From Tricharina praecox (Eukaryota), in contig NW_026250409.1 of NCBI RefSeq assembly GCF_024521635.1, positions 1,178,001-1,242,000 of the forward strand: 64,000 bases of DNA, read 5' to 3'. Shown here in pieces: positions 13,601 through 27,453 of this stretch. Both the position numbers and the translations under genes were made by a program. Every line of letters starts with the position of its first letter. Position 1 is the stretch's first letter. The notes under the pieces were generated by a model. It was not told the origin of the DNA. It saw only the letters and a program-made list of their open reading frames with translations, and did no database searches.

Positions 13601-16600
13601 CTCCCCATTCCCGGGTAGGTGAGCATCACACATCCCACATCCTACATACATCACACATCACACATGCCGCCGCCTCCCTCCCGTTCACCACATCGCCTCG
13701 CCTCACGTCCAATCACGACAAATCACTCAGCATCTCCACAATTCTCCACAGATGCACAGTTATGGTAGGTAGAGTACTACATACCATAGTCTACAATGGG
13801 ATAACGTAGATACTTGCTATTTATGTAGAGAAATACCTGAGTAAGTAGTGTGCGGAATTACATAAGACCATCCTCCTGCTCCTCCTCCAGGCTTATTTTC
13901 TTTTTTCCTCCTTCTTTTTTCTTTTTCTTTTCATAAGGGAGTCGCGCATCTCGCCTACCCTACTACCTACCCTACCTACCCTACTGCTTCTTTTTTTTTC
14001 CACTGCCGTGGGCAAGGGAAGGATGGGAAGATGGGGGAGGGGGAGGGAGGGGGGACAGCCTCTCCTGTGGAGCAGTCTAATTCCAGTCTGCATGCTGCAA
14101 CAAAAAGCAAATGTAAGAAGAAAGAAAAAGCGAGCGCAGTCTGGGGAGTCTGAGCAGTCTTAGCAGAGCAGCCTGAGCACTGAGCAGTGCACAAGGAAGG
14201 ATGGATGGACTGGCATGGCAGAGCAGAAGGAAGGATGGACGGGCACAGAAGGACGGGCATGAGAGGCATGGGAGGCATGAGAGGCATGGCATGGCATGCA
14301 CGACGAACCACACAACCACCCATCTGCGTATCCCGTGCAACCAAACCAGTGCAACCAAACCAGTGCAACCAAACCAGTGCAACCAAACCCACGCAGCCTA
14401 ACCCACCGCCATCCATCCAACCCATCCACCAGCCAACCCATCTAACCAGCCAACCAGCCCGCCGCGCCGCCGCGCCGCCGCCGCGCCGCGCCAGCGCCCC
14501 ATCACATCACATCACATCACACAGACCACACAGACCACACACCCACCTGCACACACACCCACCCTCACACCCACCTGCACACACGGCAACCCCACCAGTA
14601 CCACCCACCACTCCCACAGCACCAGTACCACCACTGCACCACCACCACTGCACCACCACCACTGCACCACCACCACTGCACCACCCACATCCCGTCTTTA
14701 TTTTTGCGGGGCTTTTTCCCCAGGTGGGTGTGCACTGCACCACCACCACCACCACCCTGCACAGTGCAGTGCACCTAACTGTGGGTGGGTGGCCGCCACC
14801 ATATGACAAAAAAACGAAACGACTGACTAGCGTAGCCGCAGTAGCAGCGGGAAAAAAAAAGAAATAAAAAAAGGGAGGGAGCGAGATGCAGCGTAGAGGG
14901 AGGGAGATGCAGCATAGATGGATGGATACGCGGGCAGGCGCCCTCCATCACCCTTCCCTTTTCCCATGGACATAGCTATGGCTACCTATAGGGGAGCCTG
15001 GAGGGTCCTAGCGGTAATGGCGAGGTGAAGGTGGAGGTGGAGGTGAAGGTGGAGGTGAAGAAGGACAAAGAAAGGCAAAGAAAAGCAAAGCAACTGGATC
15101 GGTATGACAGAGTGATACCGGTACATATCTGCGATGGATGGATAGATATTGCCACATGGTTTCTGCTCACCACTTGTATCTCACCACTGAATCTCACCGC
15201 CGAGTCTCATCGCTGTATAGGCGGAGGGAGGGGGGAGGGCGAGTGAGGCCATCGATAACGACGACGACGACGTCGTCGTACGGCACAGGCTGGCCAGCCT
15301 CGCCCGTTCTCGCCGGCCCGTGAGTGAGTGAGTGGGTGAGTTCATGCGCATTGTTGCACGCCTCTGGGTCTGCTCGGATCTGATCTAGAACTATGCACAG
15401 TGTCTTTGTCAGACACTCGGAGTTATCCCCAACACCAGCAACAGCGAAAAATTGTCAACTTCTGGGGACAGCACGGTGCAGTACATATCCCCCTTCGCTC
15501 CCCAACTTCGCTCCCTACCGCTGACTAGTTGAGCCCCCGAGATACATGCATACATAGACTTGCATACGATACATACATACGATGGCCTTGGAGGCTGGAG
15601 GCCGGAGGTTGGAGCCAACACCAGCCGCAGAAGTCCGAAGGGCTGGTCTGAGCCAATAGAACACGGGCTGTTGGCGATCCTCGGAGTCCGATAGATACGG
15701 TAGATACGGCACCCGCCATGGCACCCACCATATGAAGGTGAAGGTTTTGAAATGAGCTGAAGCATATCGATAGGCTTGTCCGTAATGACCATACATCGGG
15801 AGACTTAGGTCTGATGTCTGCAAGCGCCTCTCTCTCACGTCTCTGTCTCTCGGAATCCCGGCGTTGCTCGTCTAGAGTGCAACTCGGTCTTGCACCTAGG
15901 TATCAATTTCTATTCTACCTATGCAACAAAGAGTAGGTACTGCCCCAGACCAGTGTCCCCGCCCCGCCCCTCGCGCCTTTCGATTCGGACCGGCCCGTTT
16001 GGACGGCAGAGTAGAGTCGAGCAGGCCAAGTGTGGTCGTCCCTCTGTGCTCGGTCGCTCTCCGCTCTCCGCTCCACGCTTTAGTTAGTTTAGTCGGGAGC
16101 CATCCCACACGGTTACGTATCTAGGTAGCACCGTACCATGGTTTCAACTTTCAGGCCGACTGCTAGAGTAGAGTACTAACAGACTGCTCGTATGATTCCG
16201 AGCTTGCCTTCACCCTTCACTTCTGCTACTGCTGCTAACCAACCAACTAACCAAACCAAACTAACTACCGATGGCGCAAAAGTCTAAACTGCAGATGTTT
16301 ACCTACTCCACCACCACACGTGCTGCCTGCCTGCCTGTCTGCCCCCCATCCATCCCCCATCCTCATCCTCCGCCCATCCCAATTCCCCCCAATTCCCCCC
16401 ATCCTTCATTCCCGCTACCTCCCTACTAACCAACTAACCCCCCCTCCACCACCCCCCAATAGTCGAATTAATACCGCACCGTAACCTTGACTGACCGCCT
16501 ACGGAATCTCAATATCCGAGAACAGAACTGCAATGGAACGCTCGCCGAAAGAAAAAATTGAAGAAAAAAACTGCTTCAGTTCCATCCAGGACCGGACCGG

Positions 16601-17267
16601 TAGATACTGCTGCTCCTAGGGCCTGGTTACCCGCGGCTTAACAGCGCGGATGGAAATGACTGCGAGAGTGAGAGAGAAAAGAGAGAAAAATAATGATGAT
16701 AATGACGATAATAACAGCAGTAATAATAATAATCACCATCAGCGGCAATCTCCCCCCGGATGCGCTCCAGCTCTACTCTATCTGTGTACTCTACATACAG
16801 CAGGCAGGCAAGCAGGCAGAGGCAGGCAGGCAGAGGCAGGCAAGCAGGCAGACAAGGCGGGCTGCATGCATGCACAGCATATCAACGACCGTCGACGACC
16901 ACCTAAAACCCCAACCCAACCCAAACCCAAACCCAAGACCGAAAGAAAGAAGGAAAAAAAAAGAAAGGAAGAAAGAAAAAAAAGTGTGGGGAAAGACAGA
17001 TTTCGATTGCGGAGATGATTGACGCCCGTCACTCGACGACTCGACGACTCGGCCCGGCAGCGGAGACCGAGCCACTTTCATCCATAGAGCTTGTACTCCA
17101 ACGACAACACGCCGCCGGCGGCTGCGTGGTAACTATGCGGCATACCTGCGCTGCCGCTTAACTAATATCGCTACACACACATCAACATCCATATCGATAT
17201 CGACCACGCGGGCGGGCGGGTGGGCTTGGGGCATACACGTATGTAATGTGATGTATGTAATTCTGTA

Positions 17268-17330
17268 CGCTGCACATACGCTGCACATACGCTGTACATA
17301 CGCTGTACATACGCTGTACATACGCTGTAC
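17268..17330. repeat. 11-bp tandem repeat (CGCTGYACATA) x~5.7
   Basis: Read directly from the sequence. Confidence 0.85.
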
Positions 17331-20300
17331 TCTACACGCTGTACATATGTAGGCAGAGCACACACGCTGTGCGCATCTACCGGTACTCTACTCTACGTGG
17401 AGATCTCCAAGGGGAAACAATTGCGGGGAAAGCTGAGAAAGAAGGATTTAACGCTTTCCAGAACTCCGAGACCGCATCAGTCGGTCACAACTCTCCAGCA
17501 CCGTTGACCTCGAAATACCGCATACGGATCTAATCTAGAGGACTAACTCTCTCTCATGTCTCTCTAAAAGAAAAAGAAAAAGAAAAGGCCAAAGACTGGG
17601 TCCGCCACTACCACTACCACCATTACCACTACATACCACCACCACCACGCCAAAGATGGACAGCGACGACGACACGGCGACGACACAGCTTCAACACTAA
17701 ATACTTCTTACCCCAATCTGACCTGTACCAGACTTACTTACTTACTCATCGTCACAATTGGTTGGGCTGCGGGACCCTTCACACTCTTTCTTTCTTTCCG
17801 GCGGCATCTGCGCATTCACTTAACTCTAGATACTGGGGGAAAATTCTGCTACCGTCCGTATCATGCATGCGGCGAAGTTGGAGGGAGCGAGGTCTCGGAT
17901 ACATTCAACATCCATCCAGTCACGATGCCAATCGGCACCTAGTCTAGGACTCTCTCTCTGACCTTGACCTCCTCCGACCTCCCTCCACCCCCTCGAAGAC
18001 ATACACCTCACTGCTCTTCCTCTTTGGAGAATCCACCAGCACATTAATACCTCACCTACGACCGCCAGCAGTAACAACAAACCGTCAGCAAGCAGCAAGC
18101 AGCAGCACCACCACCACGTGCCAACGGCCAACAACAAACCGACTGACGACATCACCCAGGCCATCACTCGGGCCTTCCAGCCCCCCCGAACCTCCCCAGA
18201 CCTCCCCCTCCCCTTCTAGATCAAACACCTCCGCCCCAACCCCGGGGAACCACCGCTTTCGTTCGTTTTTCTACCCCACAAATCGACACGCCACACGTCA
18301 TTCGGCAGACGAAGCGTAGATCTAGAGTGCCCGCCGCCGTCGTCGTCCCTTCCATCCATGATCCCCCCCTCCCCCTCCCCCGGATTATGACGCAAGGCTG
18401 CGTTGGCCCCCGCTGTAGACGAACCTTCTTTCCACATCAGCAGAAAACACCTTTGCCGTTCTAGACCCCCTTCCAGCCCCCAGCCGTTCGAGGGGGAGGA
18501 GGGGATATGGCGTCATACCCTCCCCTCCCCCATTTCTCCTTCCCATCTCCCCAGACCCCAATTCTAGTACGGCCTATGTACGGCCCTTGAACACCTCTGC
18601 CTCCGCAAGAGACAACACTACTGTAGGTACCCACCTCACACCCCACACCCCACACCCCGCCTTGCCCTGAATTTGCTTTACTGACCCGGGCCGGCTCACA
18701 GGGTCGCTCGATCACTCACTCCCACTCCCACTCCCTCGAACGGACCGGAACATACAGACTTAAGCTTCCGGAACGAAGGGGTCCGCCCCACTACTCCTCC
18801 TACCCCCCCTACCCTCCCCCTCTTCCTTCTGCTCCTCCTCCTCCCCCTCCTGGTGCTCGCCGGGCTCGCCGGGCTGGACCGTTGGCAACATCGTCACATC
18901 ATACCATGCCACACCATCATACCATCATAGCATGCCTACGTATGAGGAGGGTGAGGGGGAGAGAGGGGTGGAGAGAGGGGTGGTATATTAACCGTTATAT
19001 ACTCTATATCCCGAGGCTTCCGGGAGCCGCTTATTTCCCGCTTTCCCGTTGACTGTTTGACTGAGACGTGCGGTTACCAGTTAGTGGTAGTCAAGAGGGT
19101 GATGGCATGGTGCATCACTCGCTCACTCGCTCACTCGGCTCGTTTGCTTTGCTTTGCTTTGCTTTGCTTTGCTTTGCAGTCATCATGGTAGATGACTAGC
19201 CCCACCAACCCAGCCCCACCAACTCCCGTGACCACCATGGCATGGTCACCACCCTGAGGTTAACATGTACCTGACGATGACAGACGACAGCTGGCCTGAA
19301 ACTAAAAGTCCCAACCAACCCCCCATACCTTCCCGCTCGCCCGCCTGACATGGCCAACTGGTAATAGTACCACCGGGGTAGACAATAGTAGGGGGTAATA
19401 GTAATAGGTACCGGGACCACCAAAGTATCACGCGGTCCCCCAGTGTAGTGTAGTGTAGTAACAGCCCCCCATCCCCCGCCTTCAGCCCTCAAACTCAGCC
19501 TTCGGCCTTTCGTCACAGTGTTGTGCAGCGCAGACCAGGGACAAGGGCTGCGCAGGGACAAGACAAGGTGAAGAGCAAGGACAGCGCAGGGGAAGGGGAA
19601 GGACAAGTGGAGTGGGAAATGATCCGCCTGTCAAGACTCGAGAGCCGAGACTCCAGGGATCCGAGGATCCGAGGTGGTGCCGCTTGTATGTACCTATATG
19701 TAACCATTTGTAACGACGGTAGGAGTCCTACAGTGTCAAGTGTCCAGCCTTTTTTCGTCCCATCACGATAGATATCACGATACTATACTAATCACGATAC
19801 CCATCACGATATCATATTACACCCATTATCTATATGATCACGACATCGTTCCGCGGCGGCCGGGTAGGGGGGGGGGGGGGCTTTTTCTTTTCTTGCTCCC
19901 TTTCCTGCTTTCTTTTCCTGGGTTCTTTGCTTTTTCTGATGAGATTGGGCGGGGATGCCTAAGTAGCGATCGCGAGTTCCAGCCCCAGGTGGCAGGTGGC
20001 TGGAAGTCATTGATGGATTATGGATGGGAACTTGGGAAGACTCGGGAAGAGAAGGGAGTTGGAACTTGGAGCATGGTGAGGCTGAGCGTTCGCACGAGAC
20101 GAGATGAGACGAGACGGGGGGAAGCCGAATAAGATGTGACGATGTCCCACCCCGCAGCCAGGCCGAACGCTTACCGGAAGCTGCAACGCTGCGCACCATA
20201 GGTAGGTAGATAGTACTGGCAGAGCATGCTTTTGTCCGTTGATCGGACGGGTGCACGGGGCCTAGCTAGAGCTGCCAGTGCTGATCCCCTCCTCCCCCAA

Positions 20301-20982
20301 TCCACGCTCGTTGGTTTCGATCACGATGCGTATATAAGTAGCCAGAGGAGCCAGAGGAGCCCCCTCCACGTACAGCAGGGCAGTATGGTGGAAGCTCTGC
20401 ACCCAGTTACTACTATATACCTACTCGAGTACCGTAGTTGCCTACCGTATCCACCAGCAAAGCGCAGAGCTTAGAGCGCAGAGTGTAAAGCGCAGAGTGT
20501 CTGTCGCCACCCCCTCGGACTCGGGAGCTCGAGACCTTTTTCGGCCCCAGAATGGCTATTAACAGATGGACGAGCCAAATGAACGAGCCAGACGGTCGAG
20601 CCAGACGGATGAACAGACATGCGTAAACCCCCCGCCAGCCGGCTGGGTGTGGGATATGCTAGAATTTAGATGTGCCGGATGTACTGAATCTGCTGGATGT
20701 GTGAGTCGTGCGAGTCGTGAGTGAACGTGAACGTGTTCCCCGATCCCGTATTCCCACGTCTCGCCATCTCGCCTCCTCCTGCGCACATGGCGTATCTACA
20801 CCCCCACACTGCTCAACCTAGCCAACCCACAGCCTCACTCCCCCTTCCTCGGTGATACCCCCCACCTCACAGCCGGTACGCACAACCGGTACGCAGTGCG
20901 CACCCCACAACGAAAAAGCCCCAGCTTTCGAACCCAGGGCCCGGGGGAGTACTATAGTCCCGTGCTGGTGGATATCGCCCGC

Positions 20983-21060
20983 CTACTCTACTCTACTCTA
21001 CTCTACTCTACTCTACTCTACTCTACTCTACTCTACTCTCTCCTCTCCTCTCCTCTCCTC
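20983..21060. repeat. Compound pentamer microsatellite (CTACT)n followed by (CTCTC)n; one of many SSRs in the window
   Basis: Read directly from the sequence. Confidence 0.85.
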
Positions 21061-22284
21061 TACTTGGCGGCCGCTCAAGAAATCGGGAAACATCGAGAAG
21101 AGATCGGGAAGCTATCGGGATTCAGGATTCGGACAGGAAACGTGGCGATACTACCTATAGTTACATTGAGTAGGTACTTCCACATACTGCAGCCAAAGAA
21201 CGGGATTAAAATCAACACCGACGTCTAAGTTCCAATCGTGTCCTGCAGCAGGAGGGATGGATAACTATATAGTAGACATGGTGATCTAAACTCAGCTCGC
21301 TGTCAGAAACAACGTAGGTATGCCGCAGCCTCGATATTCATCGGCGGTGGGTGTTCACTGTTCACGCGGTACGTTAGGTAGGTATTGTGAAGCCGCCGTG
21401 ATCTGCGCGGATAAGCCACCCACTTGGTTCCTATGGCAATCTCGATGGCTTTAGATGGCTACGATTGCCATGAGCCGTGGAAGCCGGTGTGGACACCCGA
21501 GTACGGTGTTAGGTTATCCCTCCAGTGGCCACTGAACCTACCGGAGGAGTAGGCGAGTGCGGGGTCGTGAGTGGGCGAGCAGCCAATATTCGGTGAGCGA
21601 ATACCTGGGTACCTACTGCGTGAGTCGCACCCGAGGGACTACAACAAGTTGGGAGTTGGGGTGAGTGGCCACTCTTCTTCTTCAACCTTCACCACCTGGA
21701 ACCCAATTCACCGTTCACCGATACCGTATCATCTACGCCAAAACTCTGGAGCCTGAAGCCTGAACCCAGACGGTGATCGAGAGAAAAGAATCCGAAGACA
21801 TTTAACCCGCCCAGCCATAGAAAACACAATGACACAGTGACACAGCGACAGTCAGTCAACACTAGACCAAAAAAAAGAAACTTGAAAACAAAGTAATTCT
21901 GTTTCTGCTTCTGTTTCTGCTTCCGTGCCTTCTTCCATTGGAAAAGAAAAAAAAGAAAGAAAGATAGAAAGAAGAAAGAGAAAAGAGAAAGAGAAAAGAA
22001 GAAAAAAGAAACCCGATAGGTACCCCACTACACCGCACATCCAGTTCCTTACATGAGATATCCTCGAAAAGAATAAAAGCAAAAAAGAAAAGAAATAGAA
22101 GAAAAAAGCGGAATCGAAAATAAAAAAGAAATAGAACCACCCTTTAAACCCCCCATTCTCTTCCCGTCCCCCCACGACCCACGACCCCCCGTGTCCCACT
22201 ATCCCACCCCGTTTCTCCATCTCTTTTGATCTCGATCCGTGAAAAGAGAAGCAGAAAGAAAGAAAATCACCCAGCACCCAATAA

Positions 22285-25225
22285 TCAGAGAAGACGCTCG
22301 CGGTAGGGCTCGTAACTGAAACAGCCAGAAAAAAAAGCACGTCAGCATTGAACCTTAACTAGCAGCAGCGGGATGGCATATGGAATGCATGACGGGGTAT
22401 GCGTGGGGGTGCGTATGCATCTTTTTGTGGGGGTAGGGTGGGTGTGGGATGGGATTACGAGGCAGAGACTAGATCTGCGCATTCACCACCGTTTGCAGTT
22501 TGCGGGGTAAGGGGATGCCAGGCAGGCAGGCTCAGGGAAGAAAGAAAAAATCCATCCGAGAGAGCATGTGACGGCGGCATCTCCAAAGTGTTGGGAAAGC
22601 TGAAGGGGGAAAGGGAGTTGGGTGGCACTAACCTCCAGATACGAGCACGCATATCGCCGCTTCCTGTTGCGAACAGTCCACCTGTAGGGCTCGGTGCAAC
22701 TGAGATAACTGATCAATGACACACAGCAACGGTTAGCTGACCTGCTAGATACCTTGGAGGCAGAGGAAGAAGCAATCAAAGATGCACATTGACGCGGATC
22801 TGTCCGAGCCATTGCGAAACAGATCTGCATCGTATGCAGACAAACTCTACGGTCGAGATCACGAATGACATGGCGGCATGTAACTATTCGCCTCCCGAAT
22901 CCTCGAATAAAGCGGCAAAAAAAAAAAAAAAAACAAGGAGGGAAAAAAAAAAAAACAGGAAATCTCGAGAAACCCGACGAATGGCAAGACTTACCGGAAT
23001 TCTTGTGACCCTGAAGCATAAGTTGAGCACTTGCGGTGACGGGATCCCAAAACTGCACACCGCGATCTTTCGAGCCACTGAGCACCCATTTTCCATCAGG
23101 AGTCAACGCTACACTGAGCACAAAGTCCTACCATCAATCATGTCAGCACCGCCACCAAACGATTTTTGAGTACCTACGTGCTGTAGCACGATAGATTCCC
23201 TCCATCACGGGCAATGAAATATAACTAACCTTGTGTCCCTCAAAGGTCTTGGTGCACTTGCCACGAGTGGTACCGGTGATGTTGGGCACGTTTCTTGTGG
23301 TGTGCAATTCCCACATCTTAATGGTCTTGTCCAAACTGCCCGAGACCAACTCTCGGCCGTTGGGGGAGAATGCTACACTATAAACACTATCCCGGTGGCC
23401 GTCGGGACCTTCCAGTCTCTCAATCAGATATCCGGTATGCGCATCCCAGACCCTCACGCTCTTGTCGAGAGAGCCGGCCGCAACCAGTTTTCCGTCGGGA
23501 GATATGGCAACAGTCGTGACACCGTCTTCGATGCTCAGAGTGAGCACGTTCTGACCTGAGTCGATATCCCACACCCGTACGGTTCTGTCACCACTGCCGG
23601 AGGCGATATGCCGACCGTTGCGGGCAAAGTCGAGGGAGTAGATGTCTTGCTCGTGACCGTGGAAGGTATGCCGTATCACACGGTTTTGAATGTCCCAGAC
23701 CTATCGGCAGGTGTTAGTCGTGACCGCCAACTTGGAAACGCGCCGAAGCCGGAGTCCCCCTCTCCCTTCCACTTACTCTGATCTGCTTGTCTTCGGCACC
23801 GGTAGCCAGATACCTTCCGTCGGGGCTGAAGCAGACACTACGGATGTACAAGTCACCGTCCCTGTCTACCGTCTCGTCCTGCAATTGCGTAACCTTGTGG
23901 CCAGTCTGGACGTCGAAGATTTGAGCGCTGCGATTGCAACCGGTAGCGATGTACTTTCCATCCTGACTGAATCGCACACAGCAGACCACACTGTGGTGCT
24001 CGAGTGTGTGAACCAGGTCGACATCCAACATCCGCGGTACCCTGGGGTTGAAGATCGCAAACCAGTCCGATCCTTCCTTCTTCTGACCCGGAGGCATGTG
24101 ATCGAGATTGAGATCGGCAAGGTTGTTGCCGACCGACGGTAACGCGGGCACGGGACTAGGGCGGGCAACCTGCGGAGACGCGCGAGGATCCTGGTAGGGA
24201 CCTTGGGACTGGTTCTGCTGTGGTGTACCGGGACCTGGAGGCGGGCGAGAGCGCTTCGCACCAGGAGACGCGGTCGGCAGGGGCGGCTGTGTTCCGTAGC
24301 CTGCGGGGGAAACTGTCAGTTTGACGCGCGCTGTGGACGGCGATGGCAGGTGAAGTCTATCTCACCGTTCATGAACGATCCTTGTGCGTACCCCGGGACG
24401 GGCTGGGGCTGTTGGGGAGGTTGATTGGGCGGCAATTGCTGGACCGCCACCGGAGGCGGCGGTGGGATATGTTGCTGCTGTTGCTGTTGCTGCTGCTGTT
24501 GCTGGTCCTGAGGTTGCGGGGGCGCGAGGCCCGGGCCATTTTGACCACCCTGACCCGACATTATACCGCCAAAGAGATCCCTGGGTCCGTGCCCTATGGA
24601 AGGAGGCGCTGGCTGCGGTGGTGGCGCACCACCATGACCGTGGGCGCCGCCACGCGCATCCAATTCACGTGTGAGTCGTGCGATTTCGTCCTCGTACCTA
24701 CAGGAGCGCGGAATCGGGCCGTGTTAGCGATGCACGGTTTCCATTGGGTCGGGTCGGTGGGTCGGCGGGCGGGCTGCGCTTGAGTTCCGCGCGTGCGCGC
24801 GAGTGATACGTGCAAGGTTTGGGAGGAAGGGGGGATGAGGGAAGAAGGCGCACTTTTGTTTCATAGCGGTATGCGCAGCCTCGAGCTGGAAGACCGTCTG
24901 CCTGATCACGTCCATCTCCTGGACCTGCTGCTGGACTGAAAGTGAAATCACGTTAGTATTCTGATTCATCAAATGCGATTCCAAAATGTTCATCACTTTG
25001 GGCGCATGGCGGTTGAGACGCCAGACACCATCGCGACGCGCGACCAGACGGGAAAAAAACTGCCGTCCCAAGAGTGAACACGTAAAGGAGCAACATACTT
25101 TTAAGCTCATAGTCCCCATTCCGAACTTGCTGTGTTTCGAACTCGGCCCGTACTTGATCCAACAGCTCATTAAGGCGGGACGGCGCGGCTACCATCCCAC
25201 GGTGAGAATTATACATCCCTGACAT
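22285..25225 (-). CDS. TUP1: General transcriptional corepressor Tup1/RcoA (Tup_N domain, Q/P linker, WD40 repeats), 8 coding exons, ending ...[18 protein letters not shown]
   Basis: N-terminus [14 protein letters not shown]...[11 protein letters not shown]40 motifs [66 protein letters not shown] and [13 protein letters not shown]. Canonical introns; the last exon 22315-22285 follows a GCTGAC..TTTCAG acceptor. Confidence 0.95.
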
Positions 25226-25488
25226 GACGCAAGGGAAGGCTGTTCGAAAGCGTTATCTTTGGTCGATAAACACTCGAGACTCGCGTGTTGTTTTCGTCGG
25301 TAGCGATTTTTCGGTGGTTGTGGTTGCGCTGAGGAGGAGGAGGTGGTGGTGGAGGAGACGAGCTTGATGACAGGTGGTTTTCCTCAAAGTTGTCGACAAC
25401 GCGCGAACGGACCGAAGATCGTGCGCACCCTGGTTCTGGAAAGATGGCACGGGCTCGGATACGAGTGCTGCCAAGCGAAACGATGTTC

Positions 25489-26041
25489 CTGCAAGTCGCA
25501 ATTATCTGTTAGACTAGCCTACTCGCACGCGTCGTCAAAGTCGTCTTTCGTCCTTTGTCTTTCGTTCGTGAAGAGGGTATGTCGCAAAAGAGCGTGAGGA
25601 GGGCAAAAGTTTATTTCTCGACGAAGAAGCCAAAGGTGGAGCTGAAAAGGGGAAAAGTAGCAGGGGGGGAAGACGCCCTGTCGAGGCAGCAGCCTCGAGG
25701 ATTGCGGGGGAAGAGGACGAACGGAACGGAGCGGAGTGGGGAGAAGGGCGACTACGGTATGGAGATGGGATATCAGGGTGGTGTGGTGGTGGTGGAGGTG
25801 GAGATGGTGAAGGCGGAGGTGAGAAGTTGGTGATGGTTGGTTGGGTATGAGTTGGGTGGATTGGGGGGTGGGGACGGGATGATGGTGGTGGTGGTGGTGG
25901 TGGTGGTGGTGGTGGATGGGGGTTAAGGCTGCTGCGCAGCGTGTTGCGGGTGTTGCTACTATCGATGCTGCGTTGCGGCGGCGGATGATGGGATTGACAG
26001 GGTAGAAAACAAAAAGAGCCAAGTGTGGGTGCGGTAGGTAC
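25489..26041 (-). other. Putative 5'-UTR intron of TUP1
   Basis: Minus strand reads TTGAAG|GTACCT at 26041, then a CTAAC branch point and TTGCAG| acceptor at 25489. The same GTACCT donor is used by DER1 intron 1 in this window. Confidence 0.55.
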
Positions 26042-27303
26042 CTTCAAGAAGCGACAGCAACACAGATGAGGAACAGCCGAAGAAGAAGTTGTTTGTTTTT
26101 TCCGGCACCGACAACGAGAGGAGCGGCGCGCAGTTAGCGAGCGAGTGAGGGCGTGTGCGTATTCGATCCGATGTTCGGGATACGGGAGTCAAATGCGTTT
26201 GTTCGTACGCGGACGTTGGTGGCGTTCGTTCGTTCCGTTGGCGTCGTGGTGGATGGATGTCTCGGGAGCGTGGGGAGGTAGTCGTTGACGTTTTACCGCG
26301 GGAGGTTCCTGCGGTTGGAAGGTTTGGTCACCTTGTGGTGATGATGTGAAGAGAAGGAGGAGGGGGGAGGGGGTGGAAGAGGTGGAAGAGGAGGAGGAGG
26401 GGGGGGAGGTGATGAGGTGTTGGTGGGTTAACTATTGTTATTTGGGGAGAAGGTGTCTAAGACTAGGTTTGGCTTTTGGTAACGGGAATCGGCGAAGGTT
26501 AGGAAGGAAGGGGGGGGGGGGGGGGGGGGGATGGATACCTAGTGGCAGAGGCAGTGGTAGCGGAGGATGGGGACGGGGGGGTGAAGATGATGCGTGGAAG
26601 CACGCAGGCAGTAGGCAGGCAGGCAAGCGACAGGTTTCGTGAGGCGGCGGCGGCAACTATGGTGATGGTGTATAGAGTGGACTACCGTACTTACTTTTGG
26701 GACCATGCGGGACCGGTGCCGGGACTAGGAAGAGGACTCTAGACACTCTGGAGACTCTAGAGAACTGCCCTCTCGGCGCGGACACGAGAGGAAGAGTTGC
26801 AGAACGGACCTACCTCCCACCTACCCTGGATCGGATCGAATCACTAGTACCGGTCTGTACAGAAGAAGAGGGAGACGACCGAAGAACAACGAAGAACGAA
26901 CAAGCAAACATATCAGTCCGTATATGTACAAGTAGAGGCCACATCGAGCACCGCTGCACTGTACGCAAGACGCAGAAGTCAGCAGCAGCAACGAGCCCAT
27001 CCATCCACTCATCCATCCATCCAGCCATCCACCATCCATCCACCACCCATCCATGGAGAATGTGTATACCCGCCGCGCATGCAGGGATTCCCATTGCCCA
27101 CAGACTTCGGCATCAGGGTTAGGGGAGCAGCGGTGGGCCACCTCTGGCTGCAGCAACGCTACACACAGTACGCTAAACAGTAGCTGGCAGGTCATCGTCC
27201 GCCATCGATGCCAGCCGGCAATTCCTTCTCCTCCTCTTCCTCGTCCTCCTCCTGGGTTCGCATCCGTCCCAGAGTACTAACAACCAGACGGCCGAGCAGT
27301 CGG

Positions 27304-27453
27304 GGACGACCCCCAGCAATAGACGACTCCCAGCAATGGACGACTCCCAGCAATGGACGACTCCCAGCAATGGACGACTCCCAGCAATGGACGACTCCCA
27401 GCAATGGACGACTCCCAGCAATGGACGACTCCCAGCAATGGACGACTCCCAGC
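27304..27453. repeat. 17-bp minisatellite (GGACGACTCCCAGCAAT) x~8.8
   Basis: Head-to-tail copies without spacers; the first two units each carry one substitution. Confidence 0.95.

Noticed and set aside
17463..17479. 17-nt exact match ACTCCGAGACCGCATCA also found at 55804-55820
   Set aside because: Similarity does not convincingly extend, and one such match in 64 kb is not unlikely by chance.
20915..20950. GGTTCGAA tRNA T-loop/B-box-like motif on the minus strand
   Set aside because: The flanks do not pair into a T-stem and no cloverleaf can be built.
27304..27453. CRISPR-like array or repeat protein (MDDSQQWTTPSNGRLPA)n
   Set aside because: Units abut with no spacers, there are no cas genes and the context is eukaryotic. 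A 17-nt unit without stops produces open frames on both strands as an artefact.
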